From Mustelus asterias (lineage: Eukaryota): DNA of 64,000 bases. This document shows positions 24,385 to 38,428 of the stretch, piece after piece. The stretch spans positions 64,914,001 through 64,978,000 of the forward strand of contig NC_135817.1 of NCBI RefSeq assembly GCF_964213995.1, in the 5' to 3' direction. The notes beneath the pieces were generated by a model that searched no databases, had not been told where the DNA came from, and saw nothing but the letters and a program-made list of their open reading frames with translations. Both the position numbers and the translations under genes were made by a program. Each line of letters opens with the position of its first letter. The stretch's first letter is position 1.

Positions 24385-25145
24385 TCCACTTTTTTTTGGT
24401 AGAAATAATGTAGGGAGGAGCTATACGATAAATGGCAGAACCATAAAGGGTGTAGATACGCAGAGGGACCTGGGTGTGCAAGTCCACAGATCCTTGAAGG
24501 TGACGTCACAGGTGGAGAAGGAGGCATATGGCATGCTTGCCTTTATCGGACGGGGCATAGAATATAAAAGTTGGGGTCTGATGTTGCAGATGTATAGAAC
24601 GTTGGTTCGGCCGCATTTGGAATACTGCGTCCAGTTCTGGTCGCCACACTACCAGAAGGACGTGGAGGCTTTGGAGAGAGTACAGAGGAGGTTTACCAGG
24701 ATGTTGCCTGGTATGGAGGGGCTTAGTTATGAGGAGAGATTGGGTAAATTGGGGTTTGTTCTCCCTGGAAAGACGGAGGATGAGGGGAGACTTAATAGAG
24801 GTGTATAAAATTATGAAAGGCATAGATAGGGTGAACGGTGGGAAGCTTTTCCCCAGGTCGGTGGTGACGTTCACGAGGGGTCATAGGTTCAAGGTGAAGG
24901 GGGGAAGGTTTAACACAGATATCAGAGGGACATATTTTACACAGAGGGTGGTGGGGGCCTGGAATGCGCTGCCAGGCAAGGTGGTGGAGGCGGACACACT
25001 GGGAACGTTTAAGACTTATCTAGATAGCCATATGAACGGAGTGGGAATGGAGGGATATAAAAGAATGGTCTAGTTTGGACCAGGGAGCGGCACGGGCTTG
25101 GAGGGCCAAAGGGCCTGTTCCTGTGCTGTATTGTTCTTTGTTCTC
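24385..25145 (+). mobile_element. CR1 LINE 3' fragment, relatively young
   Basis: Two overlapping ORFs separated by one frameshift (RDLGVQVHRSLK...RPHLEYCVQFWSP, then RGHRFK..FTQRVV..WNALP); CpGs retained; tail tgttctttgttct. Confidence 0.9.
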
Positions 25146-26182
25146 TCCTGGATTTTAAACCTGGCATCTATCATTGCTCTGAATCCTTTCGGACTGCTTA
25201 TTCCTTGCCAGCAGAGCGGCCCAATCACGAGCGGACCAACGTGCTGGACACCAGACACCAAGTTGGTTTCTCCACTCCTGATCTCGAGCATCGGTGTCAA
25301 ACTGTTCCACCCATCCAAGCCCTTGCTGAGGCATGATTCACATACCCCCTTACCTGTTTGGTTAAGAGCTGTGATGGGCTCCAGTGCCACTGACATAATA
25401 CATGCAGTACATTCAGGTGACAAACGTGAACATTAGTGACACTACTTTATCACTTTGCATGTGTGGCCAGGCCTAGCAGACAGTAGCTGAAAGGTAATAC
25501 AAAAACAAAACGGCTGTGCCAGAAGTGGGGGACGATGGAAGTGACAGCATACATCTCAAAACTTGTCACAGGTTGAGAATGTGATCAATTTCTTACAACA
25601 TGCTAAGAGTTTCATGGTCCCTTGCTTATTAGTTTTTTTTTGTTCCAAAAGCAAATTTAAAATTCCCCAGCCGCTGTGGTGTAATTTGAACTCATATTGG
25701 GAGCATTAATCCAGGCCTCTGGATTACCAGTTCAATAACATAACCACTCAGCTACTATACCATCCCCTGGTGGTGGAAATGGTGATGTTAATTGGGTGAA
25801 TGTGGATACTGATTTGAGTGGAAGGTGAGGATAGCGTTCAGCCATTAGTCAGAGCAGCAGCCTGGGAAATGAGACACACCTCAGGAAAGATCCTACCGAC
25901 CACAATGGGCAGGAATCCTCAGTTGATGACACAAGAACATTTCAGAGGCTTTGGTGAAAGACGACGTCATCAGAAACAATGACAGAGAAACTAGAAAGAA
26001 CATAGTCCTTACAGATTAGTCATGACTTGAAATAATTGCAATGTTGAGTATTGACTGCCTTTTTATCAAGCTAATATAATTAATACATTAATCTCCTAGC
26101 AGTTCTAGTTGCAAAACTACAGGCTCCAGTTAAACTACAACAGTGATCAACATCAACTCCCAGTCAGGCTAAACTCCACTTC

Positions 26183-26457
26183 AGTGGCACAGTGGTTAGC
26201 ACTGCTGCCTCTCAGCGCCAGGGACCCGGGTTCAATTCCTGGCTGGGGTCACTGTCTGTGCAGAGTCTGCACATTCTGTGTCTGCGGGGATTTCCTCCCA
26301 CAGTCCGAAAGACGGTCTGGTTAGGCGCATCGGCTATGCTAAATTTTCCCTCAGTGTACCTGAACAGGTGCCGGAGTGTGGCGACTTGGGGATTTTCACA
26401 ATAACTTCATTGCAGTGTCGATGTAAGCCTACTTGTGATACTAATAAACTTTAAACT
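26183..26457 (+). mobile_element. HE1-type SINE, tail variant B
   Basis: Head gtggcacagtggttagcactgctgcctc; tail gtaagcctacttgtgatactaataaacttt. Confidence 0.85.
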
Positions 26458-28635
26458 TGCTTTCAGTTCCTTAATCCAACTCTTACAGATCAAGTCTTAA
26501 AAAGTGAGCTACTATATAGAAAACACACTACTTCACAGGAGGCTTTGGGATAAATAAGTTGCTTTGATTAATTTAGAAAAGCAAATGATGGTCGGCATGT
26601 TTTGTAAACCCTGTGTAGAGCACTTACTTGAATTTGGATCCGACAGATGGATCTTACTTTGTCATCTCAATTAGATATCCAGTGAACTTGGCAGTGACTA
26701 GATTCGCCATATTGATAAAGGTTTTGGCAAATAGATTTGTCAGATCCAGATTGCTCCTGCCATAAATCAGGGTTGTGCACGAAAAAAGTGTGTTTTTACA
26801 GGAAGGAACCTGCAAATAATTGCAATTGCTCTGATGAAATCCGTGGTTTGTGGCGTTTCGAGTGAAGGCCATCGCTGCTAACCAGTGTCAGGATGGTCTT
26901 GCCTTGTGGCCTCGAATCTGCAGTGACATGCAGAAATCCAGAACAGGGGGTCAGGAAAGGTGAGGTTCAGTTCTTGCACAGTTACATGGAGTCAGGCCTG
27001 GGCACTGGTCCTGCTTGCCAAGCTGTTTGCATCCACAAGTCGCGGGTCCTGTTGGAAGCCCAACCTCTCAGTGGCCTGACTTCACCATTTGGAACCAGCA
27101 AATGTTTCGGTCAAAGGACAGAACCAGCTGTTACTGGGTTTCACAGCCTCTGGAAGAGTGTGAAGCTCATGTGACACCAGCCAGCACAAAAAGCAGCCCA
27201 AGACTAAACTGGAGACGATGACTATGTTGGAGAGGAGGTTATGACAGAGGTGAAAAAGTATTTTGGGAGCAATTGTAACATTTATGCTTAGGCAATTGGG
27301 GATGCTCAAGAGTGCTGGCCTAGCCAGCGAAGCACACATCCTTTGAATGAATATAAAAATGAATATTTAATAATGACATAGCCCTTGTGATTATCCAATC
27401 ACAATCCTGGAACTCCCTCCCTAACAGCGCCATGGATGTACCTACACCACCCATGGGAGATTGTTTTTATTCCTGTGAAATGTGAGCATCACCAGCAAGG
27501 GCAGCATTTGTTACTCATCCCTTATTGACCTTGAGGTGGTGGTAGTGGAGCAATCATCTTGAACCACCAGAGTACATCAGAGTAGGCACACCTGCAGTTA
27601 AAGGAGTTTAACCCAGCCATGTGAAAAAATGGTGATATAATTCCAAGTCAACATTCTGTGTAGTTGGGAGGGGAACTTGCAGCTGGTAGTGCTCCCGTGC
27701 ATCTTAAGGTAGTAAGAGGTTGCAGGTTTGGAGGGTGCTGTTGAAAGAACCTTGTTGAGTTGCACAATGCATCTTACACATATTGCTGACACTAAATGTG
27801 TATGCGTGGGGTGCTGGGGGGGGTGCGGGGAGGTGCCTAGGGTTCTGATCAAGTAGGTTGCTGTCCTGGATTGTGCAACGCTCGGGTGTTGTTGGAGCTG
27901 CAATTGGAGTGTATCCCATCACACCACCAGATGCTAGTGTTGTTGCTGCATTGTAACAGCTTGGCTAGGGGCTCAACTGGTTCTGGGGTACAAGTCTTCA
28001 GTACCACAGCCAAGACATTGTTAGAGTTCATAGCCTTTAAAATGTTTTATTTAATGAACCCTGTCAGAGTATAAAGTTCTTCTCTTTATTGTTCTACAAG
28101 GAAGCTTTGAGGACCAGAGCGAATTGACTGTCACCTTAATTCCACATTAAATTACTGGTAAAATCTATAGAATCAAGTTTGAACACAGAAGATTTTGTTC
28201 TTGGGGGGGAAAAAATCAGTTTGGTCTTGAATTCTTTCATAATTTTGAACACATTTTTATCTCCTTAAACTTGCGTTGGTAAAAAGCCGACTTTACCTTT
28301 TCACTCCTATCTTGTGGCAGGACTTCCAAAAAGTTCATGATTGCAACAACCCTGTTCCCGATTCAAATCAGCTTATTCTTCAGGACTACAACATCTTTAT
28401 CAAAATGAAATACACGATGATCTAATTTATGCCATTAGTACTCCCATGTGTAGTGATTTCTTCATCTCAACCACATTATATGTGCAGCAGGATGAAAAGA
28501 AAAGCAACAATCTTCAGTTTGGGCTGCTTTCATGGGTAGACAGTGATGGGAGAGAAGCACAAGAGAAGGTCACCGTCCATCACATTGAAGGGTGGAAAAG
28601 AGAGGTTTTTTCTTATGTTAGGTCATCCACAAACA

Positions 28636-28908
28636 GGCAGCACAGTGGTCAACACTGCTGCCTCACAGCGCCAGGGACCTGGGTTCGATTCCCGGCTTGG
28701 CTCACTGTCTGTGCAGTTTGCACGTTCTCCCCGTGTTTGCGTGGGTTTCCTCCGGATGCTCCGGTTTCCTCCCACAGTCCGAAGGACATGCTGGTTAGGT
28801 GCATTGACCCGAACAGGCGCTGGAGTGTGGCGACTAGGGGAATTTCACAGTAACTTCATTGCAGTGTTAATATAAGCCTTACTTGTGACTAATAAATAAA
28901 TTTTAAAT
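28636..28908 (+). mobile_element. HE1-type SINE, tail variant B
   Basis: Head ggcagcacagtgg, core ggtttcctccggatgctccggtttcctcccac, tail cttgtgactaataaataaatttt. Confidence 0.85.
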
Positions 28909-28984
28909 TATTCACAAGCCACAATACAATGTACTTACCATACATCGAGTTGCGTTGGAACGTGGGAAAATATAATAAGCACAA

Positions 28985-31900
28985 ATAGAGACAACAGTGA
29001 TTTTTAATCAATAAATTCAGGCAATGTACAAAAAACCTAATTTTTCAAATCATATTTTCAGAACTGCATCAGAATTAAACTTTCCAGGCCATATCCACCA
29101 GAATGACTGCTGTTCAATTATGGCTCAGCTTAATATCAACAAGCACAAGAGTAGAATAATGTACAAATGTTCAACAAGCAGCACAAAATGTAAAACTTGC
29201 TAAACCAAATTTTAAATAGTTCCATTACAAATAATTGATAGAGAAAAGTGCAAAAGTTAACATTTCAAAGTGTATTTCATCTTGTGTGGAAATTTTTTCA
29301 ATCTCAGTTTAAAAAGAATACAAGAAAACATTGATACCACAATAAGGCTTTCCTCCCTTAGTTGTCAGTGCCTTTTTTTTTAGAAAGGAAAATAAATATT
29401 CTTTAAATGAGCTTACTTTCAAATCATCGCAAGACTTAAGAAAATAATGCTGTGATGGAAAATCCCAGAAAAATGACCTGAGAATGACAAATGCACTTTA
29501 AAGTGCCTTGAATGAAGAACTGAACTGCTACTTGTATAATGCACAGACGGGCAAATTTATTACCATCAGTAATTGTTTGCATTCTCCCAAGCAATGCTGC
29601 CTGCACACAAGGTATCTGCATTTAACCCATCTAAATTTTAGAAGGCTGCTTGTTCATAATCTTTACTTCCCCTTAAGGGCAGGAAGTTTTGTGTAGGAAA
29701 CTTTACATTATTAATAAAACAGATTGCAAAAATTAAAAATATTTTCTAATGTACACCTTTCCTACTTAAAACAGTAGCTGTATATTATTTTATTACAGGA
29801 CATAACAGTAACTGTCAACAGATACAGCATATCCTCAAATAGTGTAGTTCACTACTCGGGAACTTGTACTTTGCTTCTGTGCACCTTTACGCACTGGCCA
29901 TTTACCCACCACATCCAAGACATAGCTACTATATTCTCTATTGGCAATTAACGTCAATAGGAAGTGTTTTCTAGCTTCTTTGAATGCACAGATGTTAAAC
30001 TTTGACAACATTAAGACTGTTCTCAATGCGATAATAAGAAAAGGCCCAAGTACAGAATTTAGATGCATGGACATAATGCATCAAGATTTAGAGCAGTTAG
30101 GTTTTAATGGGATCTGTGACCTTTCCACAAGCTATTACAACTCCAACTGGGCTCAAGCGTGCTTCCAATTTCATTACAGCCATTGATCTTTCTTACTCAG
30201 CTTTTGTTACAACTTCCTGGACAACGTTCAACTACCAAACTGAATAAATTGCTGCTGCTACCTAGGAGTCAGTCATCAGAAATGAATTCCCGAAATGAAA
30301 TTCTGAAATTCTCCACTTGCAATGCTTTATTTGCCTTACATGGGGAAAGGTCTTTGATTTTTTTAAAAAGAGGCAAAAACACTGCTAAAGACCAGACCTC
30401 AACGGGTCAAACTGGCCTTTGTTCATACCTGATTTTCATACAAGTTATCATTTTAGTGTTGATACAAAAATAGTTTATCAAGTAGTACAGATTGCAGACA
30501 ATATTGACTGATGTGAAAACAATCACAGTACTGATGGATGCTACCACTCCAAAACGTTGAAATGTTGGGAAGAATTTAACAATAATTGGATTGCATGCAG
30601 TTTGTCAGACAGTAGGCCTGTTCAAGATGAATGCAAAACAAACTACAAATGTTGACTGACATAAGCTTCATAATAAGAAGCCAGTAGAAAACAAAGTTGC
30701 ACTGTGCTGCAATACATTACATACAATTGTATGTCTATGCAACAGAGAATAATTTAAAATAAAAGGTGTATTCTCAGATTAAATTGTCACAACGATCATC
30801 TTTTCAAATAGTAACTTTATAACGCTCCCAAAATTTATGATCACATGTATACTTGTCCAGCACTTAATGTGCACAAACGATTATTCCTCTGTTCCCATTC
30901 AAATCACCAACCATGTATATAGCAATGGTATTCAGTAACAGACTGTAATTGACAAAACACTGATCTTGGTCCTGAATTTGACCTTTGCTGAGACAAGGAA
31001 CTTTCCAGCATGGATAGAACACCAACCTTCACCTTTTTTGCTCTGCATCCACAGTGATTGATACCTACTACCTTAGAACGGAGAGAACAAACTCATCAAA
31101 ATGATCCCAATCAACATTCTGAAGAGTTTGGTTCAGTTAGCCCTTTGCTTGCATTTTCCAACGACAAATACAAATTTTTGGACAAGTTAGCACAGAGCAA
31201 TGCCAGAGATGTATTAGTTGATGAAATGTCATTATAGATACTTTGTTGTTAGGTTTGCAGATCAGAGATCATTGAATGTAACGCAAAGCAAAGTTGCACA
31301 TTTCAAATGGGTTAATTTAAAATAAAATCCTGCACTCTTCAGCAGTAAAGGATCTCCCTGCACTCAACGTAAGGCATTTGAACTGAGGGCCTGTTTGCCC
31401 AAGAAGTGAGTTTTCTGTGTAAATTGAAGAAACTTGATTTTTGCATATCACCTTCAGATGTGTCATTATTGCTTTTTTTTTCAATTCTTGGAATGCACTG
31501 ACCAGGAACATCTTTATCATTTTAGTTTTGCAGCAGTTTACTCATTTTCCTTCAAACCTGTAGCATTGATTGATTTGACAAATCTCTCATTTTGGCTGTT
31601 GTCTGATTATTATCTTTTCATTGTCATGTTGGAAGCAAATATCAAGTAGGAATAGGATATTTGTAATTTCCTACTTAAACATGTCAGACTAATTCCACTT
31701 TGGGAGTTTTCTCTAAGATGAACAAAATGCTCAGATTTGAAAAGCCTTTTCAAGAGCTATTTTAGTACATTAGGACTAACGGTTTAGCACATAGTTTGAG
31801 GTAAACGAAAACTTCTGAAATTACCCTACATCCTTAATGCAGCAGTCTTTAGGAACCAAGCATTTTGCATGCTATACCGAGTGCATGCTATGCCAAATGC

Positions 31901-34225
31901 CTCATAAAAGTAACATTAAAACCTAATGTCGAAAAAACTGGGAGTCAAAGTCCAGTGTTTAACTAATATAACAGCCTTAACAATCATAATTTGTCCAGAG
32001 ACTTAATATTCTCATTGCATTATGTCAGAAGATAATGCAACATGAAAGAAGAACATTTATTAAGCTAGTCAACTTTGAACTTTTTGTTCATCTCTCATTT
32101 CTGCAGCTCATGCAGAAGAGCAAAGATTCTTTAGCATTGTGTTGTTTTGGAAGACAACAAGGCATACACATAATAAATTCACTTCAGCTGTTATATTCAG
32201 TAGCTTTAAGCTCTTCAACCGTACTTAAATAGCTGCGCCTGTGCTTAACAGCATTTACACTGGGCTAAATTTTCAAGGGAAGATAATGGTGAGTTTAGGA
32301 TGCGTGGCGTTATTAATCTGTAAATTGACCAGCATGTCCAGGAGAGGAAGAGATACATTGGAGGCGATTTTACCATCACGTTGCGCCTGCTTTTGGGCGC
32401 AACATGGTGGCACAGTGGGCCGTAACTCGTCGAGTGCAACCGGTGGCTGTTTTCACAGGTGGCGCCATTTTAGGAGTGTCGGATATCCGGTGCGGTCAGC
32501 TTCTTGCCGAAAATGGGTGACAGGCAGGTTAATATATTTAAATCTATTGAAATGACCATTTGCATCTGCTCACCCAACCCGGCGCTCAATTGTCCAGGCT
32601 CAGCCCCCTCTTTGTGATCTGTCCAGGAAAGGTTCGCGGCAGCAAGGAATAGACATGCTCCCTCCCCATGAACAGGGAGCAATCGACTTGGTCTCACCAA
32701 TGGAACTGGAGGTCACTGAGGCCCTGTGGGGAGATCGATGGCAAGGGGGTGCCTCTTGGGCAGTGCCAGACTGAGTGCCACCCTAGCACCTGGGCAATGC
32801 CTACTGGGCAGTGCCAGGGGGTGGGGCTAATGGCAGAGAGGCCAGTAGGGGGATGGACCCACTGCCACTCTGCAGCAATTGGTGGGGTGGAGGGAGGGAG
32901 AGGGGGCCCGCTGCCACTCTGCGGTCCGCGATCGGTAGGGGTGGGGTTCTACGATTGATCTGGGTGGCACAAGGTGGTTAGCAGGGGCTGCATCTTGGGC
33001 CTCGGGGCCCCCAGCAGCTTGCAGTAGCAGGGGCCTGACAGCTCTCTATTTTCTGTCAGACCCCTGCTCCTGCTAATGTGCAGCATCAGTAGCCTGCACA
33101 TACGTACTACCTCCCTCTGCAGTCTTTCAGATGAGTTAAGCCGCCCCACCAGCTTCTGCAACACGAATCTGACAAGAGAGGAGAGAGGAGAGAACGGGAC
33201 GGACGGACTAAAACAGGCCTAAAAGTCTCTCAGTTTCAAGTCTGCCCACCACTTAGAATGAAAATGGTAAAATCACCCCCATCACTAAGTTATGAATTTA
33301 CAGAATCTTCTGGTCAATTTACTGTTTGCCTCATACCAAACATCTCACCCATGATCTTCTTAAGAACCTGTTGGATTTGTACATTAATTGCCCATTAAAC
33401 CTGCTATTGAGTTAGGTTTCATGAAGTACCTTATTAAAGATGTCAATGCAATGTCAATCTCTCGGGCCAGAAAGTAAATAATTTAAATGGCTGAGTTTCA
33501 ATCCTGCTTGCGGCAATTTTTCATAAAGACAGTTCAAGTTTGAATTATTTTCCTTTACTTTAACTTTCTTTTTCTCTCTCAATCAATCCAGTCTTTCTTT
33601 CTGTACCTGATTTGACTCAAATTCACATACTCTCCTTTTCAGTTGTAACTCTTTATTTCTCAGTCCTTCAATTTCATTGATTGATATACACTGTTGTTTA
33701 CCAAGGTCCTACCCAGATGCCCTGTCACTAGCTCACATTTCCAGCAAGTTACTGCACAAATTGTATTGAAACTGAAGGATGTGGAGAAATACTAACAGTG
33801 TAGACCACAAGATGCTCCAATAAGATACCGGCCAAACAAGTGTTCTGGTTCTCTCCTTGTGCTGTTAGACCACTGCCCTACTTGTACTGCACTAAATTTC
33901 CAATTTGACGTGGCAAAGACAAAAGTTCATGTTGGTTTTTGAAGGTAGTACACCTCTCATCCATTTCTACAATGCATCTCAGGTTTATCCACACTTCATG
34001 ACTCTTCAGTGTAGGAGCACTTGGTGAATAAGTGCTACTGCTTTTAAATTTGGTGTCCTTCTCAAACATGTACGTTTGATATTTTGTCTTCTTTGACCTT
34101 TTTCTGTGCTGAGCCTATTAACCTTACATGGCACTTTGATTAAGCTGAGATGAAATCTGTACAGTACTGTAAATTGATTTCCTAGCTCGACTATGGCCAC
34201 TCTCTCGCAAGGCATCCCTAGTCAC
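28985..34225 (-). other. ZNF654: ZNF654 inferred terminal non-coding exon (long 3'UTR); 3' end approximate
   Basis: Minus-strand acceptor ccatttctgccttccag|GTGAC at 34226/34225; AT-rich with no recognisable SINE or LINE; minus-strand poly(A) signals AATAAA (29789-29794) and ATTAAA (29003-29008). Confidence 0.6.
32262..33280. mobile_element. About 1-kb GC-rich MITE-like element within the putative ZNF654 3'UTR
   Basis: Ends gggctaaattttc ... gtaaaatcaccccc; sharp GC/CpG contrast with the flanks; motifs shared with 13954-15022 and 36364-39059. Confidence 0.6.
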
Positions 34226-35129
34226 CTGGAAGGCAGAAATGGATCACAATTATTCATTCACATTTATTTCACTTAATGAAGAAAATCTTAATGGCATACA
34301 TTTAAGGTATAACCTACAACCAGGATTAGGAGCCCGTAGGCCAAAAAAACTTGCTTATCCAATTATAATAGCTTAGTTTAATATGCATGCAAATACTCAA
34401 TTTCCAAATTTTCCCCACAAAGATAAATGTTCAAAAAAAGTAAAGGAATACTGCAAGCAAGTAAAGTGAAATCAGTACGAGAAGCTACATGAAATCAGGA
34501 AACGGTTTAAAAATGGCAGCAAGGCTCATTTTGTACAGCAGGTCTAATTTCTAGAGAGATCACTGAAAACTACATAGGAAGATATTTATTTTGTTTTCTA
34601 CAGTCAACTCAAGCACTCATTGCTACAAATTTTAGATTGGTCAATGACTAAATCACACCGCTAAACTTTAAACTATATAATGTATGAATATCTGTGCTAA
34701 AAGTGTTGCCTCAGAATGTCATGCAACTTTCCTGCACTTGCACAGAACAAATCTAGGAATGTAGACGCACAAAGTCACTCAAATCTGTTATGAAAACAAA
34801 TGTAGTTTTAAGGGATTTATATTAGTATTGGTAAACATTACAAATACGGTACAGTTTTAAGTGGGTTTAATTTAATGTTTGTGTGCCTATAATTAGATTC
34901 ATGCTGGAGAAAGGCGTTTGTATGCATGGGGGTTGGTTTCAATTCCAACTATTGCGCTGAGAGGGGGTTATGGCATGAAAAGTAAATAGAGACCGGCAGA
35001 AGTAGCAGTAGTTGTTTAGCAACGGACTTGTATGGTAAAATGGCTTTTGAATTTTTAGTTGAATTTGTTTGCGGTTGGAGACAGGACACTGGGGAGTGAA
35101 CATCTCTCAACTCTGCCCAGAGAAGCTGG

Positions 35130-35252
35130 GTAAGAAGTCTCACAACACCAGGTTAAAGTCCAACAGGTTTATTTGGTAGCAAATACCATAAGCTTTCGGA
35201 GCACTGCTCCTTCGTCAGATGGAGTGGTCTCTGTTCTCAAACAGGGCACAGA
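35130..35252 (-). mobile_element. Penelope-type pLTR fragment
   Basis: 14-bp TSD CCCAGAGAAGCTGG (35116-35129 and 35253-35266). Confidence 0.85.
35186..35222 (-). ncRNA. Minimal type-I hammerhead ribozyme, sense to ZNF654 pre-mRNA
   Basis: CCAT CTGACGA A GGAGC AGT GCTCC GAAA GCTT ATGG; stem I CCAT/ATGG, stem II GGAGC/GCTCC, AGCU palindrome. Confidence 0.72.
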
Positions 35253-35515
35253 CCCAGAGAAGCTGGACAGGACAAGGGAACTACAAAGACACAGACAGCC
35301 CAAATAACCTAATACAGTCCAGATAACAAAGGAATTGGAACAGAAAACCTCAGTCTTAATATATTCTCAGAGAACAGACACCAAGGTATCGTTCAAGGGG
35401 AATTCAAAAGGGAGAAGCAGAAAAAGTGTTGCGAGTTAAAGAGACAGTTGCACTAACCAGATTTAAAGTGGGGAAGCAGAATTCAGAGATAAATGAAAAG
35501 TTTGATGCTACTTTA

Positions 35516-35821
35516 ATAGAATCGCTACAGTGCAGGAAGAGGCAATTCGGCCCATTGAGCTTGCACCAACAACAGTCCCACTCAGGCCCTATCTCTGCAA
35601 CCCCATGCGTTTACCCTGCTAATTTCACTGACACTAAAGGGCAATTTAGCATGGCAATCAACCTAATCCACTCATCTTTGGACAGTGGGAGGGTACTGGA
35701 ACACACACAGACATGGGGAGAGATGCAAACTCCACACAGACAGTTACCCAAGGTCGGAATTGAATCTGTGTCCTTGGTGCTGAGAGGCAGCAATGCCAAC
35801 AACTGTGCCACCATGCAGCCC
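35516..35821 (-). mobile_element. HE1-type SINE, CR1-like tail
   Basis: atagaatcgctacagtgcagg tail and reverse-complement head ctgtgccaccatgcagccc. Confidence 0.8.
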
Positions 35822-36613
35822 AGAGTCTGGGAATTGAGAGTTAAGGCAAATATGAACTGTCTGTACAGCAGCTAAGACAAAAAAATCCTATAGGAATAGT
35901 TGTAAACCCTGGATAAATTGTTAAAAGTGGAAGCTTCATTTAAAGGAGCCATTTAGAAAACATGGATTGGATTTCAGAATTTAAACCGCTGATGGAAAGC
36001 AGTGTTGTGAAGGAGGATTTTAAAGTATGTTTTCTGGGAGTGGAGTTTAGAAACTCTCATGTGACAATCATCTGGGGGAATTTTGAGGTAAAATCCACAG
36101 ACACTAACTTGGGCTTAGAGCACAGGATGTGTTTTAACATAGCCAGTGTGTTTAAAGGGACCTGCATTACTGAGACCATTGTAGCTTATGATATACTTTG
36201 TAATCCATGTTAACCTTAAACTCAGTGTGTATTTGTTAAGAAAAGGTGGAGTAAAAGAGTATCGCATCATTATCCAATTTTTCATGCTTAATAGCTGCTT
36301 TTTTTCTTGTTAAAACCAATAAACAGTCCAGTGACACTGTTCACCAACATTTTGTAAAGTTACGGGCGGAATTTTACGAGAATAATTCTGAGTGCCCAGC
36401 TAGGTGAAAATGGGAGAGTTCCTAATCCGTTTTTTGGGCAAGTTTTCATGCCAAATCTTATAGACTTAGACATTGAAAAAATGGTCTAGACCATTTCTAG
36501 CTGCTACAGGCAGTGGGCTGGGCTTAATTCGCCAGCCAGCCTGCAGAGGGAGCTATTGCGCATGCACAGACCTCTAATTACGCACATGCGCAATTTCAAC
36601 AGCAGAGGTCTGA

Positions 36614-38428
36614 GAGAACATAGAACAGTACAGCACAGAACAGGCCCTTCGGCCCACGATGTTGTGCCGAGCTTTATCTGAAACCAAGATCAAGCTATCC
36701 CACTCCCTATCATCCTGGTGTGCTCCATGTGCCTATCCAATAACCGCTTAAATGTTCCTAAAGTGTCTGACTCCACTATCACTGCAGGCAGTCCATTCCA
36801 CACCCCAACCACTCTCTGCGTAAAGAACCTACCTCTGATATCCTTCCTATATCTCCCACCACGAACCCTATAGTTATGCCCCCTTGTAATAGCTCCATCC
36901 ACCCGAGGAAATAGTCTTTGAACGTTCACTCTATCTATCCCCTTCATCATTTTATAAACCTCTATTAAGTCTCCCCTCAGCCTCCTCCGCTCCAGAGAGA
37001 ACGGCCCTAGCTCCCTCAACCTTTCCTCATAAGACCTACCCTCCAAACCAGGCAGCATCCTGGTAAATCTCCTCTGCACTCTTTCCAGCGCTTCCACATC
37101 CTTCTTATAGTGAGGTGACCAGAACTGCACACAATATTCCAAATGTGGTCTCACCAAGGTCCTGTGCAGTTGCAGCATAACCCCACGGCTCTTAAACTCC
37201 AACCCCCTGTTAATAAAAGCTAAGTAAGAAGTCTCACAACACCAGGTTTAAGTCCAACAGGTTTATTTGGTAGCAAATACCATAAGCTTTCAAATAAACC
37301 TGTTGGACTTTAACCTGGTGTTGTGAGACTTCTTACTGTGCTTACCCCAGTCCAACGCCGGCATCTCCACATCATGAATAAAAGCTAACACACTATAGGC
37401 CTTCTTCACAGCTCTATCCACTTGAGTGGCAACCTTTAGAGATCTGTGGATATGGACCCCAAGATCTCTCTGTTCCTCCACAGTCTTCAGAACCCTACCT
37501 TTGACCCTGTAATCCACATTTAAATTAGTCCTACCAAAATGAATCACCTCACATTTATCAGGGTTAAACTCCATTTGCCATTTGTCAGCCCAGCTTTGCA
37601 TCCTATCTATGTCTCTTTGCAGCCTACAACAGCCCTCCACCTCATCCACTACTCCACCAATCTTGGTGTCATCAGCAAATTTACTGATCCACCCTTCAGC
37701 CCCCTCCTCTAAGTCATTAATAAAAATCACAAAGAGCAGAGGACCAAGCACTGATCCCTGTGGCACTCCGCTAGCAACCTGCCTCCAGTCCGAAAATTTT
37801 CCATCCACCACCACCCTCTGTCTTCGATCAGACAGCCAGTTACCTATCCAATCGGCCAACTTTCCCTCTATCCCAGACCTCCTCACTTTCATCATAAGCC
37901 AACCATGGGGGACCTTATCAAACGCCTTACTAAAATCCATGTATATGACATCAACTGCCCTACCTTCATCAACACACTTAGTTACCTCCTCAAAAAATTC
38001 CATCAAATTTGTGAGGCACGACTTGCCCTTCACGAATCCGTGCTGACTATCCCGGATTAATCCGCATCTTTCTAAATGGTCGTAAATCCCATCCCCAAGG
38101 ACCTTTTCCATCAATTTACCAACCACCGAAGTAAGACTAACCGGTCTATTACCAGGGTCATTTCTATTCCCTTTCTTAAACAGAGGAACAACATTCGCCA
38201 CTCTCCAGTCCTCTGGCACCATCCCCGTGGACAGCCAGGACCCAAAGATCAAAGCCAAAGGTTCTGCAATCTCATCCCTTGCCTCCCAAAGAATCCTAGG
38301 ATATATTTCATCAGGCCCAGGGGACTTATCGACCTTCAGTTTATTCAAAACTGCCAGGACATCCTCCCTCCGAACATCTATTTCCTCCAGCCTATTAGCC
38401 TGTAACACCTTCTCTTCCTCAAAAACAA
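36614..38428 (-). mobile_element. CR1 LINE, young 5'-truncated copy with essentially intact RT domain
   Basis: ORFs 37290..38495 and 36690..37202 (KSPGPD, YMDFSKAFDKVPH, GVPQGSVLGP, FADDTK, PHLEYCVQFW) rejoin as VLAFINRGLEFKS once the 37224-37376 insert and one TSD copy are removed; tail gttctatgttct. Confidence 0.95.
37224..37376. mobile_element. Penelope-type inverted pLTR insertion, ribozyme core deleted
   Basis: 12-bp TSD AATAAAAGCTAA (37212-37223 and 37377-37388); inverted arms gtaagaagtctcacaacaccagg... and ...cctggtgttgtgagacttcttac. Confidence 0.85.

Noticed and set aside
26829-26860. CTGATGA followed by a short stem as another hammerhead
   Set aside because: No GAAA...UH after the stem and no stem I pairing.
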